A stretch of DNA of 58,268 nt, filler included, from Sphacelaria rigidula (lineage: Eukaryota): assembly GCA_964200075.2 (NCBI GenBank). It is 4 parts of 4 records of this genome, joined end to end, with 100 filler letters (N's around TTAATTAATTAA, not from the genome) between each part and the next. Parts side by side here need not be neighbours in the genome. Positions count along the whole stretch, not along the records: positions 14,595 to 29,086 come from CAXNAA020002221.1; positions 29,187 to 43,677 come from CAXNAA020002222.1; 2 more parts are not named here. One strand, given 5' to 3'. Positions 23,918 to 36,272 of the stretch are shown here, in pieces. Numbering within the stretch: position 1 is the first letter of the stretch; each line of letters opens with the position of its first letter. A model generated the notes under the pieces. It saw only the letters and a program-made list of their open reading frames with translations, made no database searches and had not been told where the DNA came from. The translations under genes and the position numbers were made by a program.

Positions 23918-26104
23918 TCATTCTTCGCCTGTAGCGTCGAAACGGTTGCTCAGTGCATCAACCGTCTCGACTCCCTCCTCCTCGTCGTCGCTTTCTGGTT
24001 TGTCCAGCCAGTGGTTGAACCCCCGATCTTTGTTCTGGCTGTCAATCAACCCGAACAACTCCCCCAGTTGTAAGCTCATCAGCCTGCCCTTCTACGTCTT
24101 GGGCTCTGCTTGTGTCGGCTCCGGTTGCTTGTAGTGACCGAAGGGAATTCGATCTTGATCGTGGGAGTAATTGCAGCCGCCCTCTGAGTCCTTGCTGCTG
24201 CAGTCTCGTCCATATGCATGGTTGAAACATCCCCCCAGCAAACGTATGGCGACGTCGCGCTCCCCCTTGGGCGTATTGTGGGCAGGGAGGAACCCGGTCG
24301 CCGGTGCTTCTCCTCGCGTGTCAAACTTGATACGCTTGGTGGGCTTAGCTGATTCTTCCTTCGGGTGTTTCCGTGCTCCACGAGTAGATGAGGATGTCTC
24401 GAAAGGCGTGCCGCCTCGTGGTGTTGATGCCTTTTGGTTGCTGAAGGCAGCAACGGAGTGGAAGTCTTGCCCTTGGGTCTCTTCCTCTGCTTCTTGCATG
24501 AGTCGCTTCTTAACTTCTACCAACCCCGCGTATACGGGCTTGTGTGCGGGGCGTGTTAGGGCTGCAGTAGCGCTATTCATCGCCTCAGTAGATGTTCTAG
24601 AACACTCACAGTGACGTTGAATGGCCGATACAAATTCACTATATATATGATACGTGAGGCGCCCTCGCTTCTTCATGTCGGGGCTGCACGGGTCTCCATG
24701 GTGAACTGGGAAGGAGCGGACGTCGTCCTCTAAGGCTTTGTTGGGCGTTTGTAGCAACGTATGCGATACGATTTGTGCAGTCGGGTCGGGGATTACCAAC
24801 TTATGGAAAGTGCTGCACATCTGTAAGACCAAAACTTCCGAGGCTGTCCTCCAGGAGTATTCCTCCTCTGCGAGGTGTGGAGAGGTTGAAGAAACCGTGG
24901 CCGCCATAGTTAACAGTATCAGCCGATGAGCGGCTGCTACATAACTCTCATTCTTGAGTAGTTTCATGTTGTGCAGTGCAGGCTGTGCATGGCTTACGCC
25001 CATCCTCGCTTTTTCTGCTACTAGCTTCCGTAGCCACTCCAGAGCGGTTACGTCTCCAAACGGTACGCGTATGAAATTTCCTGTTACACCAGGTACTGAG
25101 ATCTAGTTCTCCCTCCAACTTGTCATCTCCGTATACGTCGCGGAGGTAGACAGCATTACACGCATCAGAAGGTCCCTGTGTCTATCTGTGTACTGATCCG
25201 CTTGTGGTTTCAGCGGCTTACTGGTCATGTGTGCATCAGTAGGGACCCTCCAATTCCCCCCTTCATACGCCGCGAGCGTGGGACGAAAATGGTTCGCGAA
25301 CAAGACCGCGGAGTTATGATAAGTCAGTTCTGCATTGTGATCTACAGACCGTCCCTTGTAAACGGTGGTATCAGTGTCCTTGGATTCGAGAAGCTTGGCC
25401 AAAGTGTTTGCTTGACGTGACATCGCTTGTTGGTGTTTCAGTACAGCCGACCAGTTGTGATCAGACGGGTATGGTGCGGGAACACGAGGATACGTGGCCC
25501 CATACGGAGTCCGCCCATCCAGCCTGGATTGGGCTACCGGGGTTACACCAGAGGAATGGAGAGATCCGTAGAACGGACTGCAGTAGAGACAAACCGGGTC
25601 TGGCGCGACCGTAAACCTCGAGCGGCGCTGCGGGGGAAACGGCGGTGGAGGTGGCAGCTGGGCATGAGTGAAATTTCCAGCGGTCGGAGCTTGATAAGCC
25701 CCCTGAGGCACAGAGACTGGATTTGCCGGCTGAAGAGGCGAAGGAAATAGACGGCGGGACATGCTGAGGCATCGGGCCAAAGTGCCCTTGCTGTTGTTGT
25801 TGCAGAACCTGCTGATGAGGATGTGCGGCCACCTGTTGCTGCCGAAGCGGTCCAACAGCCTGCTCCTGAGGGAGTACGGCAGCCTCTGTTGCTGAACAGG
25901 TCCAACAACCTGTTGCTGAGGGGGTGCGACAGCCTGCTGTTGCTGAACAGATCCAACAAACTGTTGCTGAGGGGATGCGACAGCCTGTTGTTGCTGAACA
26001 GGGACGAAAGGTTGCTGCTGCTGGGGGGCTTGCACTGGAGGCTGTTGACTCGACGCGGATGGGTAGAAGGGTTGGGCTTGCGGGTTCAAGGGGTTTCCGC
26101 TCAT
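23918..26104 (-). pseudogene. Gypsy gag-like ORF (Q/P-rich N-terminus, C-terminal CCCH finger)
   Basis: ATG at 26104, directly upstream of and in frame with the protease. Contains internal stops and apparently compensating frameshifts in the Gln-rich repeat. Confidence 0.7.
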
Positions 26105-29086
26105 CCTTTTGCCGATTTTTGAGTTGGCTATTCGGTACTTGAAACGATAACCTGCACACATATGCCACATGAATATGATAACATCAGTCAAACGTACTTC
26201 ATAATATCGACACAATACCTCACCGTCTCGTGGACGCGTTGGGCAGAATGAGGTGAGAAACGTCCTTAACTCATCAACGTCGAAAAGACACAATGGGATA
26301 AAACAGACAGCCTCAATTTTCCATCATGGTACAAGAGTGGAAAGCAGAAGGGGAAGGTGAACAAGGGGGAACCGGAAAGCAAGCATGACAGGAAATTTGA
26401 TCGCGCAGGACGGGTTCATGTGAGCATTCGGCTCGAATTTCCCTAAATGAGGAATAATCAAGGACGTTCTCCCAGGCCTCGGCCTCCTGTCAACCTGGAA
26501 AAGCACGCGGGGGGAAACATGGCTCCCATAAACCTGTTCGAACGAGCACGGTTTTGCTATCTTGGGCCTCCGTCCTCCTTTATTTCCCTGTATGTAGTGA
26601 TTCCCTGCCTGCTTGTGGGTGAGCCTATTGTAGAACGCACGCATACTACGAAATCACACGAATTTCCCATTTCATTCACACGTTGTCTGGCGTACATGCT
26701 AGCAAAGTGCATAATGTCCTTAATTATTACTCTCATTGTTCAGCACCAGCCAACCACTCTGTCGATTTCTCTTCGATATATATTTCGGCAAAAGAATGCG
26801 TGGAGCGCGTAGACCCTCAAGACCAGAAGCCCCGTCCAGAAGAACCCGATGGTGGTCAAAACATGCCCGATTAGACGATCAACTCTTGCAGTTGGTCGCC
26901 AGCGAGTGCAGAGTAGATAGAAATCGGGAGTCGGGGGGGTAACGTCCGTCGGGTAGCCTTGTGCACGTCTCTTGGCTTGCAACACTCTCAGTAGTTGTCC
27001 AATCGCGGCAGTGTTGAGGTGATCAACGCAGCCATGGGTGGAAAACTCAGGGGATCCATGACTGATGGATTGATAATCCGCCGCCCCGGGAATCGTTGAA
27101 TCAATATCGCGGAAGAGAAAACAATATTATGGTCAGTGTTTGAGTACACTTGGACACGATCATTTCATGTATTTAAAGCCGTGAGTTAACTACAATACAC
27201 CGTTGGGTCTGGTCTATTCAAAACCGGAGTAGACACCCCACAGCCTTGAGCTATCCTGGCAATGAGAACCACGTTGAGGTTACTTCCATTTCCATGTCAA
27301 TAAACATTCCGACTATCAGTGCTTACCCCCCCTGACCAGGAGGTAGGGTAAATGCCTCATATGTGGTAACCTGCGTAATAAATGATTCACTGGAGATTCA
27401 CTGTAGACAGGTCACAATGCGTTTTGGTCATAGACGCAGACATTCTACACCACTGCGTGAAATTGATGCCCATTCGACAGATGACCTGCTCTCGCTGTGT
27501 AAAAGTTAAAGCGCAATCCTCCTCAACACCACACTCAACACGAGGCAGCATTCTAAAACTTCTGGTTCAAGACAGATAACAACACGCGGCGGCTTTGTGG
27601 CTGCATGTATTGATTTGAAATAACAGCACGTTCTAAGCGTAGCTGGCGTCAGTGAATGAAGCGGAACATTCGGTCCTGGCTACCGGCTTTATTACTGTGC
27701 TTGCGTCGTGAAGCACATGCAGTGATACCAAACCACCGTACAGTTCAATACCGCTCGATCACTCAATCATCGTGGGTCTGCTCGCTGTGGTGTACGCCCA
27801 TGATCAGTTTCTCCGAACTCTGTTGATTGCCCCGCATCGTGTGTGCAAATCGATCAATAATACAGTACCACCTAGTAAAGCTAAGATCCAAAAGGACCCT
27901 TTTTGTTCTTCCTTGAAAAGCACACTACATGTGCATTACTAGATTGAATACAGAGTCAAGGAGTTCAGCGATATACTCGTACTGGGCTGTGAACAGTCAA
28001 TACAGTCATTACACACCGCCCTTCTTGTAAGCGCAGTCACAACTCAATCAACCGGTCGTCTGTAGAGGGTATAATTTAACGTCCCGACCCAATTTTGGAA
28101 CAAATCACCATCCATATGTCGTGATACCCCGCTTTCAACACTCACAGGGTTGCCTGTCTCACCGGTAGACTATCGTAACGGCAACACGATGGCTGAGGAC
28201 AACATAACATTGCCCTTTGCAACTGCATCACTCGGCAATAAGTGAGCGTACAGCAGCTGTTGCGTCGCAGGTTCCACGACCGGTGTAGCGGAATGAAGAT
28301 TCTCAAAATCTTTCCTTGATCCTGTCGAATCAACCATCGTTAATAGATCCGGCTCTTTCTAGGAAAAAGTGTCAATCTGGATTACTCAGAGCGAGAGAGA
28401 GAGGCACGAGTCTCGTAGGTGTAACCACAGCTGTAGCCTGGTGCAAAATACCCAGATCGGTGTTCATTACACTTTAATCCACAGCCCACATCAGAAGTCG
28501 CTAGAGTTGTGAATTCACCCATCATGGCTCCATGTTCCTCACTTTATCGCCTTCTGAGAATTGATAACATCCGAGGTGGCACCGGCACGCTGTGTTAGGT
28601 ATCATACTCAGTCTGACGTTTCACATTAGTGATGGCTCATAAATTTGAATCTAACTCCAGGTAGCATGCGCCAAGTGCCATCTCACGGTATCCAGTAAAC
28701 CGTGAAATCAATGTAAGCGGGTAGCACGAATGCCATGAGCCTCAATCATCACGATCTTTTCCTCCATGATTACAACTGTCATGGCAGCACAAAGTTGACT
28801 GATCACGTTGTCAAGTTCTTCAACCCATGAACTCGAGCGCTGGCGGTCAATCCAATCGTCAAATCATCCGTAATTATACTAAAAAACATGTATACGGATA
28901 GTTTCTTTGTACATCGTACAACAATGCTCTCGGCACGACTGCCTGTGTGGGGTTTCCCGTGGTTGCAGACATGCAGTAGCTAACTCTCATCACAGTGATG
29001 GCTACTATTCACATCATGCCTAGACGAATAACAGGGTTGCCAGAAAAATGAGAACGTATTTTGAAATGAGAATCAACCGCTCCCCG

Positions 29087-29186
29087 NNNNNNNNNNNNNN
29101 NNNNNNNNNNNNNNNNNNNNNNNNNNNNNNTTAATTAATTAANNNNNNNNNNNNNNNNNNNNNNNNNNNNNNNNNNNNNNNNNNNN
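29087..29186. other. Artificial contig-join spacer
   Basis: 100-bp N run with TTAATTAATTAA. Confidence 0.97.
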
Positions 29187-29423
29187 AATCTCACGAAAAC
29201 ACTGTTTAATACGATATATATGCGGATCACGGCCCAACTCGTCTGCGTCGAAGAGATATTGCTTTTAGAGCTTGAATCCGTTTTTAGGCTGGCCCAGCTC
29301 GTACTCGATACGATTTCCATAATATCGGTCGATACGGCGTATCGATATCGCCGCTTCCTAAGCCGATATAATATGTCGATACGTATCAATATCGATATCG
29401 ATAGCGGATAGTGATATGGTCGA

Positions 29424-29454
<31 letters not shown>

Positions 29455-30496
29455 TTCTTACCGAGGGGGAAGGGGGGTAGACAGCACATCGTCCCACCGC
29501 CCATCACCCCACTGCTCACCATCCCACCACCCACCACACTCCACACACACCACACACCACACAGACAATTGCTGCGAACCACACCGATCTGCAACTTAAG
29601 CCGCCTTCAGACTTTCGACTTTCGGCGTTGTGAAAGGCGGTAGCGCAGTCTGCGGTCGACGTTTCTGCCGAACCGTTTGTATCTGTGTCTGCTACGGCGG
29701 CTGCTGCTGCACCAGTGACCGCCCCAGTGCCCTAAACCAAGAGTAGAGAGAGCGGGCAAGCAGAGTTACCCGCGGAGTTTTGGGTGTCTGAAGAGTATAC
29801 TTCGTTGTGTAGCCGAAAATGAAAAAAATGTACCTATGCTGCCGACTTATCCCTTGGTATGAATAACATAAGAAAAAGCGAGCGCGCATTTGCATCCATC
29901 GTTTATCGCCCAGTTTCGACGTTTGGCGCATTTATTTGTTATTGAATAATGAGTGCGTTCGCAGTGCGCAGTGCGCAGAGCCGAGGTAAATGCTCAAGTT
30001 CGATACGAAGAAACATGACGGAATAGTGGCCGCGGAATATGCATTGGTATATCACCGGCTTGAACAACATACTATATTATTCATCACACCTCGACTTGTG
30101 ATCAACAACCTCTTTTGAGACTTGCCCCTTGCACGATAAACCATTTTTGTCAAACCGAAGCATCACGCCGCGTGTTGTGCCGCCACTTCTACTCGTATGA
30201 TTTCAGATAACAAAGCACACATCACAGACGTGTGCTGTTGTACCTTCACACAATCAGGCGTGCACTCACTCCGGGTTAGGTTGCTAGTGTCAGAGTAGTA
30301 CCGTGAGGTCTTGCAAGCTGTGTCCCCACCAAAATAGCCGTATCGTATCGTATCGAGTATCAGTATTGAGAATCGATACGTATCGGGTCATTTTCCGCGT
30401 ATTATCGAAAAAATATCGATATTGACGTCTTGAGGAGATCGATACGTTAAAAATATATCGTATCGAACTTTTTTTCCCGTTCGATATTCAACACTG
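29187..30496. mobile_element. Non-autonomous hAT-like DNA transposon; left end lost at the contig edge
   Basis: Dense subterminal CGATA/TATCG repeats at 29300-29425 and 30340-30490. The right end CAACACTG is the reverse complement of an hAT-type CAGTGTTG terminus. Confidence 0.6.
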
Positions 30497-31748
30497 TCAT
30501 TTTTGCATTATTACTATGATCTCATGAGCTTTTACACCGCAACCCACATGGTCCAACACCTCCACCCACATGCCAATATCGCAATGCACATATCAGCTGC
30601 AGAGACAAATCAAGTTGCTCTGTGTAAAGCTAAGACTCGTACCTACCTCTAGGTTCTAGCTGCGCAGACCCTTTCCACGGATGAAATCATCGAGGTAAAG
30701 TGAAGGTCACCTACTACTACTGCAAATATATCACTGCTCTCAGAGTTTTTCGCTAGATTCTTGACCTCTAACGATGGATTGTAGCTATAAAAGTTGTGCC
30801 TGCCTGTAGAGTTTTGGCCCGCTGACATTACATGATATATTGTCAAGAATATAATTTTTTCCATTTTGATACCTACGGAACTGCCGAGTTTGAGGGCGAT
30901 CTGAGCTTTCCTACAACAGATATTATAGAGGATACCGTCACGAGGCTCCCTGGGTCTCTTGTGCGTACCATTGACTGCGACGTGAACGACAGCAGCCACA
31001 TATGGGCGATGGCACAGCATCGTCCAGGGCACGCAATTGTGCACAAAATTCTTGATTACATTGTCTGTCCCGCATCGCTGGTCGCGCTTGCGTCCCATCA
31101 CATCAAAGGTGACAACCTTAAACCTTTTCACATACAACAGACAGTACACGCGATCTATTTTTTGTATTTTTGTCGAAAATGACACAGGTATAAGTATCCC
31201 GATCCCCTCCAGACAAGAACGCCTCTGTCCGCTTTGAGGTGCTGTGTACATCGTGATCGCCGGCACAGGCTACCCGTAGCGTCCAGCGACACCTCAAGCT
31301 CAATTACTGTAGTTGCATTTGGGAGGGGAAGACATTGCTAATTGCTGCACTCCGTGAGGCATCAATCTCGAAATACAACTGCACGACACGAAAAGGGGGG
31401 AGATCCGTAGTTGGCAGAGCGAAAGCGGAAGAAGGAACTTGCTGGCTCGCGCTGTGGAGGACACAGGAAGACAGCAATCGAGCACACAACAGACGCGGAG
31501 TTCAAGAGTTAACACACAGCATTCGTCCCTGGGTGCTGCAGGGCTGTGAGTGTTTGGCACTGTTGTACAAAAATCGCTGCACTCCAGGGTACTGTCGGTG
31601 CAGGCGAGTGTTGGTTGTCATCATTCCACGGCTTTTATCAAGCAACAGGCGGTTGGTTCTGTGTGTCGACACACCCCGGAACCTAAATTGGGCAGAATTT
31701 TCATTCGGGTAGCTGGAACTTTAAATTTTTCATCCTGCGCAGTTGGAC

Positions 31749-31985
31749 ATGAATGGGTTGGGCGGGGCGGGAGGGGTGGGGGTGGGCGGGACCGCAGTGG
31801 GAGCAAACAGCAAGCCAACACCCCTGCTTATTCGGATCCTTATGATTGGCGATAGCTCGGTGGGGAAAACGTCTTTGGTGCTACGGTATGATAACCGGGG
31901 TTTTAACCTGCGGTTTACGACAACGATTGGGGTGGACTACAGCGACCGCTTGCTGGAGTTGGAGGGCCGTCAAGTCAAATTACAG
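31749..31985 (+). CDS. Rab-family small GTPase (Rab8/RabE-like), exon 1
   Basis: G1 GDSSVGKT, switch I TTIGVDY, VKLQ|GT donor. Length 237 nt, phase 0. Confidence 0.93.
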
Positions 31986-34646
31986 GTACCAGACAGTACT
32001 TCAGTGATAATTGTGCCAAACTCTGTGGGGCAGTCTCTACTGCTAGAGTCAGTTGTATGTTCAAAAATGTCTGCGCGTGGTCGGCACTTTCGTATTTGCA
32101 TCAATGGCGGCTGTTGGCTGTGTCAGGCAACAGGCACAGGGCAGGGCGACGGTGACATGTTTAGTTGCAAGGAGAGTGGCACGTCAGTACGATTTTTGGG
32201 GTTCCTTCTGCTACCAGTAGATCGTATGCCCTCGGATTTATATTTTCCCTGCTCCTTGACTCGTTTTCTGGGGCCTTCAAAATAACGAGAGCTGACATCA
32301 AGAGCTTTGTGTAGGGCCCAGAGGATCGCGGGTTGTCCACCTTGCTGGTCTGAACGCATGATGCTTACGAAAGTCAAGCTGGCAGAACCTCCCTTCCCTC
32401 TGCATGTATGTCAGCATTGGCGAACACCTTTGTGCTGTATTGCTAGTCTCCTCGAATAGCACCCGCCCAATGTACGTGCGAATTTTTGCACCCGTCTACA
32501 CCGTGTCTGCTTTCCAACTCCTTCCGAGATCAACCGTTATGTCGGACCTTGAAATGGCGAGTCAGATTACCTCAATAGCTGCGCATTAATGGTTCCCCTC
32601 CGGCATAACAACTGTCTGTACTGGCGTGTTTGTACACAGTGCTCTACGGTCCATACGGTATTACACTGTTGTGCTGTACTGGCACTGTTGTGCTGTGCTG
32701 TTTGCTAGAAGTACTGGCTGACCTGTTGGTATTTTTCAAATTCGAGCGTGCAATGGGCAGATGGGTTGTACTGTTTTCACGCTCGCGCGTTTTCACGGTG
32801 CGTCTATGAGCAATTCTAGAGACAGGGATAGACGCGGCGCTGTAATTTTCGCGAACATACAGTACGAGTATCAGGAAGCATGAATCGTGTGCATTTCTTT
32901 CTAACCCCACGAACATATAAACCGTCTATACTGGCCATGGAATTGTTTTTCTCGGGACGGCGTGCTGGCCAGGTAGGTCTGCGTGTTTTCCGGTATGGAA
33001 TCAGAGTCAACCATACACATTTTCTGTACCACTTCGAATTATAATACTAGTGCACGGGTGTGTTATCGCAGGAACACACCGAACACATGGCAGCGCGTGT
33101 CTGGTCCTTTCATATCACGCCGTCTTTTTTTTTCGAAGCTGAAAGAAAGGAAGAGGCGTCGGCTTGTTTGCTTGTTTTCACGTGTCCTGTGCGAGTCCCA
33201 GACCGGTACGCCACAGGCTGCTATGCAATTGTGCAGCAGTGAATGAAAGCTGTGCGAGCTCTGTGATTGACTTCATCTTCTGTCTTTTTTTTCTCTCAAG
33301 AACGAATATGTCATTGCTGGGCCCAACGCAACATGTACAGCTGTCAAGTCACCCTACTCTACAGACCCGCCGAACTCTCTCATTTAGCTCTGGAAGCTGA
33401 CTGACCGCAGTTATGTTGTAGTGATGCTGCAAGTCACCAACGGCCAAAACTTGGAAAAAACTGCAATCCCCACGCGCCCGATACCGAGAAATCGAGTCGG
33501 TGTTTTGTCATGGCGTGCGCGTGAGAATTGTGCATTCCCCGCGCTGTCGCAAGCCCATGACGCCGACAGTTGTGGTTTACGTGTCTCTCCTTGTTTTACA
33601 CCGGTGCAAGATTTTCACACACAGCAGTATTGGGTAGATGACGCCCATGGCCCTTCAGCGAGCGGTGCCATTTGAATTTATGTCAAACAAATCTTTCATG
33701 TACGTCATGTGTATTCCCCATAAGTGGTCCACTTCGTACTGCAGGACTTCCTCCCTGCCTATCGTCCATGAGTGTATGTTACGCTTGTCGACTATATATT
33801 CTTCGAGATACTACGGCTTGTTTGCGGATCATGCAGTGGAGACACGTCACAAATACAAATACCGACAGTCCGATAGTGCTGGACGACAATGGTTAATCAA
33901 TCATTCTTTCGTGTCGCTACGAGTTCAGAATCTCCCCATTTGCGCTTTTTGGAACCTCCGCAGCTGCCTGACCCGCCTTGAGGGGATCTGATGCTCGAAC
34001 CCATGTCGTCAGCAGTGTCCGTACATGTTAGTCGGGTGCCCTCTATGAAGTATGAGTGTACCGAAGTCGTCTACAGAGCATCGGCAGAGGGGCTACGCAG
34101 AAAGCCGCGCAAGCTGGTGCGTTGAACCGGGCGCCTAGATTTCGGTGAAACACCAAGATTCATCTTGTGCCATGATGACCGGTCGCAACCCTCCGGTAGC
34201 CTGAGGGCAGTTGTCCAGGGTTACTCAGGCCGATGTCTCGCGGACCCAATTCTCACTCATGTTGGGAAAGAATAATGTATTCCAACTGGAAATTCGATGG
34301 AGACGCCGAATCCGAGTTGCTGTTCTTGATGCAGTTCATTGTCCCTCCTCTCCTCTGGAGAAAGCCACGTGCACACTTGGCAAAGCCACTTCGGGGTATT
34401 CAAGACAAGCGGTATCCCGAAAAGCAACCGGGGAATGATATATGCTATCGAATAAGTAGGGGGGTAAAGGTAGCTTTTGTCTGAGTTGAGCGAAATCCAG
34501 GTCCGCGAACGCCAAAATGAAGGTTTCAGCGCTTCGACCAGCGCGTCCCGACCGATGAAATTAGAACAAATTGCGGGCTAATGTTTCCCCTCACTTGTTT
34601 CGGGTGGTTCTTCGTTGCATTCAAGACTCACATTAATAAGCCGGTC

Positions 34647-34840
34647 GCCCCGGTGGCTCAGTTGGTAACCTCGAAACCCTCTGACGGTGGGGTCGAGGGT
34701 TCGAATCTGGGTGAATTCATACAATCTGTGATATCTTCTTACACAAAATTTGCCTTCACGGTCGACGACGGGAAGGGAACGCTGAACCTCCCCTCGCGAT
34801 GAAGAATAAGGCAAGCACCGCAAAAGGAAGGTGGAGACAA
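34647..34840 (+). mobile_element. tRNA-derived SINE-like element in the Rab intron
   Basis: A box TGGCTCAGTTGG (34654-34665) and B box GGTTCGAATC (34698-34707), with no closing acceptor stem. The body (34750-34840) recurs inverted at 35175-35265. Confidence 0.65.
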
Positions 34841-35989
34841 AGTAAAAAATTAGAACTCCTGTGTTGGCCTTCCTCTTGTGTGACCCTGGCTGATGCGCCC
34901 ACGATTACCAGAAGGTGTAGACTGGCGAGCACACACACCAAACTTACGGTCGAGAATTTCATGCATGACAAGTACGATAAAAACAAAACAAAACAGTCTG
35001 TAGAGTGGAACGCGGAAGGGGCGCATCTACCCAGCTGGCGAACAAAGCGCGCGGTTCAAATACTCCGTTTTTTTCGAACGTCAAGGCTAACCCCAAGCAT
35101 AACCCAAGGTAAACCGAGAAACCCGGGGCCACACAGGAAAAAGATCAACACAGAGCTGTGAAATTGTTAGCCTGTTTTAGTTCCCCCACCTTCCTTCTGC
35201 GGTGCTTGCCTTCTTTTTTTCGCCAGAGAGGCTCAGCAGCTCCCTTCCCTCGTCGACCGTAAAGTCGTACCTTCTGTGCCCACGACAACAGTTGCAGAGG
35301 CTTCATCATGAATCCATATGGTATAGTTTACACATTCCACCGAAAACCTCGTGTACTTCGCGATTTTAAACCCTACCTTCGCAGACGACCAGACTCGCAT
35401 TTCGTTGGCTGCTTGTCTGTGCAGAGAAGGACGTACGTGATTGACACCAACCGCGCACGTTCACAGTTCAAAGGGGGTCTCAGAAGAGTGCAGCCCATGC
35501 ATGCACATCTCACCAGTTACGGTCACACAGCACACAGTACCGTTGCAACTGACCACAGCATCGCACCTCACAACAGTAGAGTCATACGCCCATCTGTATC
35601 TTACTGTCACCGGCAGACGTGTCTCCCAGCTCAACAGTGACGTCTCTTTGGGGGATGACCAAATATCGAGCGTTATGCATACACAAGACAGAGAAGACAC
35701 TACGTGTATGGTACAAACGTCATGAGTGATGACTTATACAGTGCAAACTCAATTTTCTTTCTCATGCTCGCATCACTTCCAACGTTAACCCCTACCCTTG
35801 CTCCGGACGAGTCCGTACGCTTAAGGAATCAACCGATACCGATCTATCCACCGGTACACGTGTTATATTTTGGTATTATCGCGGATTGGATCATGACCAA
35901 CACTCACGCCATCACCTCGTCGGCTCTCAAGTTAAAACCCCTTTGCTACTGATGTTCTCGCGTTTTCAACGACGAAAATCATATACGTG

Positions 35990-36272
35990 TCGGTCAAAAG
36001 CTCCGATATATTTGCTGGCAATCGAACCCACATTTCTCGGACCTGATGGTTCAATCCCTTGGCCGCACGGGTAGTTCACATCTGGATCATGCATACTTTT
36101 TTCAGGTAAAATTGAAGCCGATTCAGCAAATGCTCGTCGTCTGAGGGTTGAGGCTGTTCCATTGACCCTTAGACCGCGGTACGGGTAGTCCATCTGGATC
36201 ACGCATACTTCTTTTAAGTGAATATTGATGCCGATCCAGCAAGTGACCTACCGTCGCGGCCAAAGGGTTAAG
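35990..36272. mobile_element. Cluster of about 100-bp TTAA-type mini-MITEs
   Basis: CCCTT.G.CCGC...GCGG.CAA.GGG-TTAA units, same family as 41016-41113. Confidence 0.6.

Larger units (their letters stand above)
18759..26330 (-). mobile_element. Decayed Ty3/Gypsy LTR retrotransposon (gag-PR-RT-RNaseH-[C5-MTase-like]-IN), 3'-truncated
   Basis: The domain order PR-RT-RH-IN is diagnostic of Ty3/Gypsy. ORF pieces from about 25.7 kb to 21077 share one frame broken by point stops, with frameshifts downstream. No 3' LTR is visible. Confidence 0.95.

Noticed and set aside
30649-31266. 205-aa minus-strand ORF upstream of the Rab gene
   Set aside because: No recognisable domain and no convincing splice structure.
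34647-34720. Functional tRNA gene
   Set aside because: A and B boxes are present, but there is no closing acceptor stem or clean anticodon arm, and it runs into a repeated body. A SINE head fits better.
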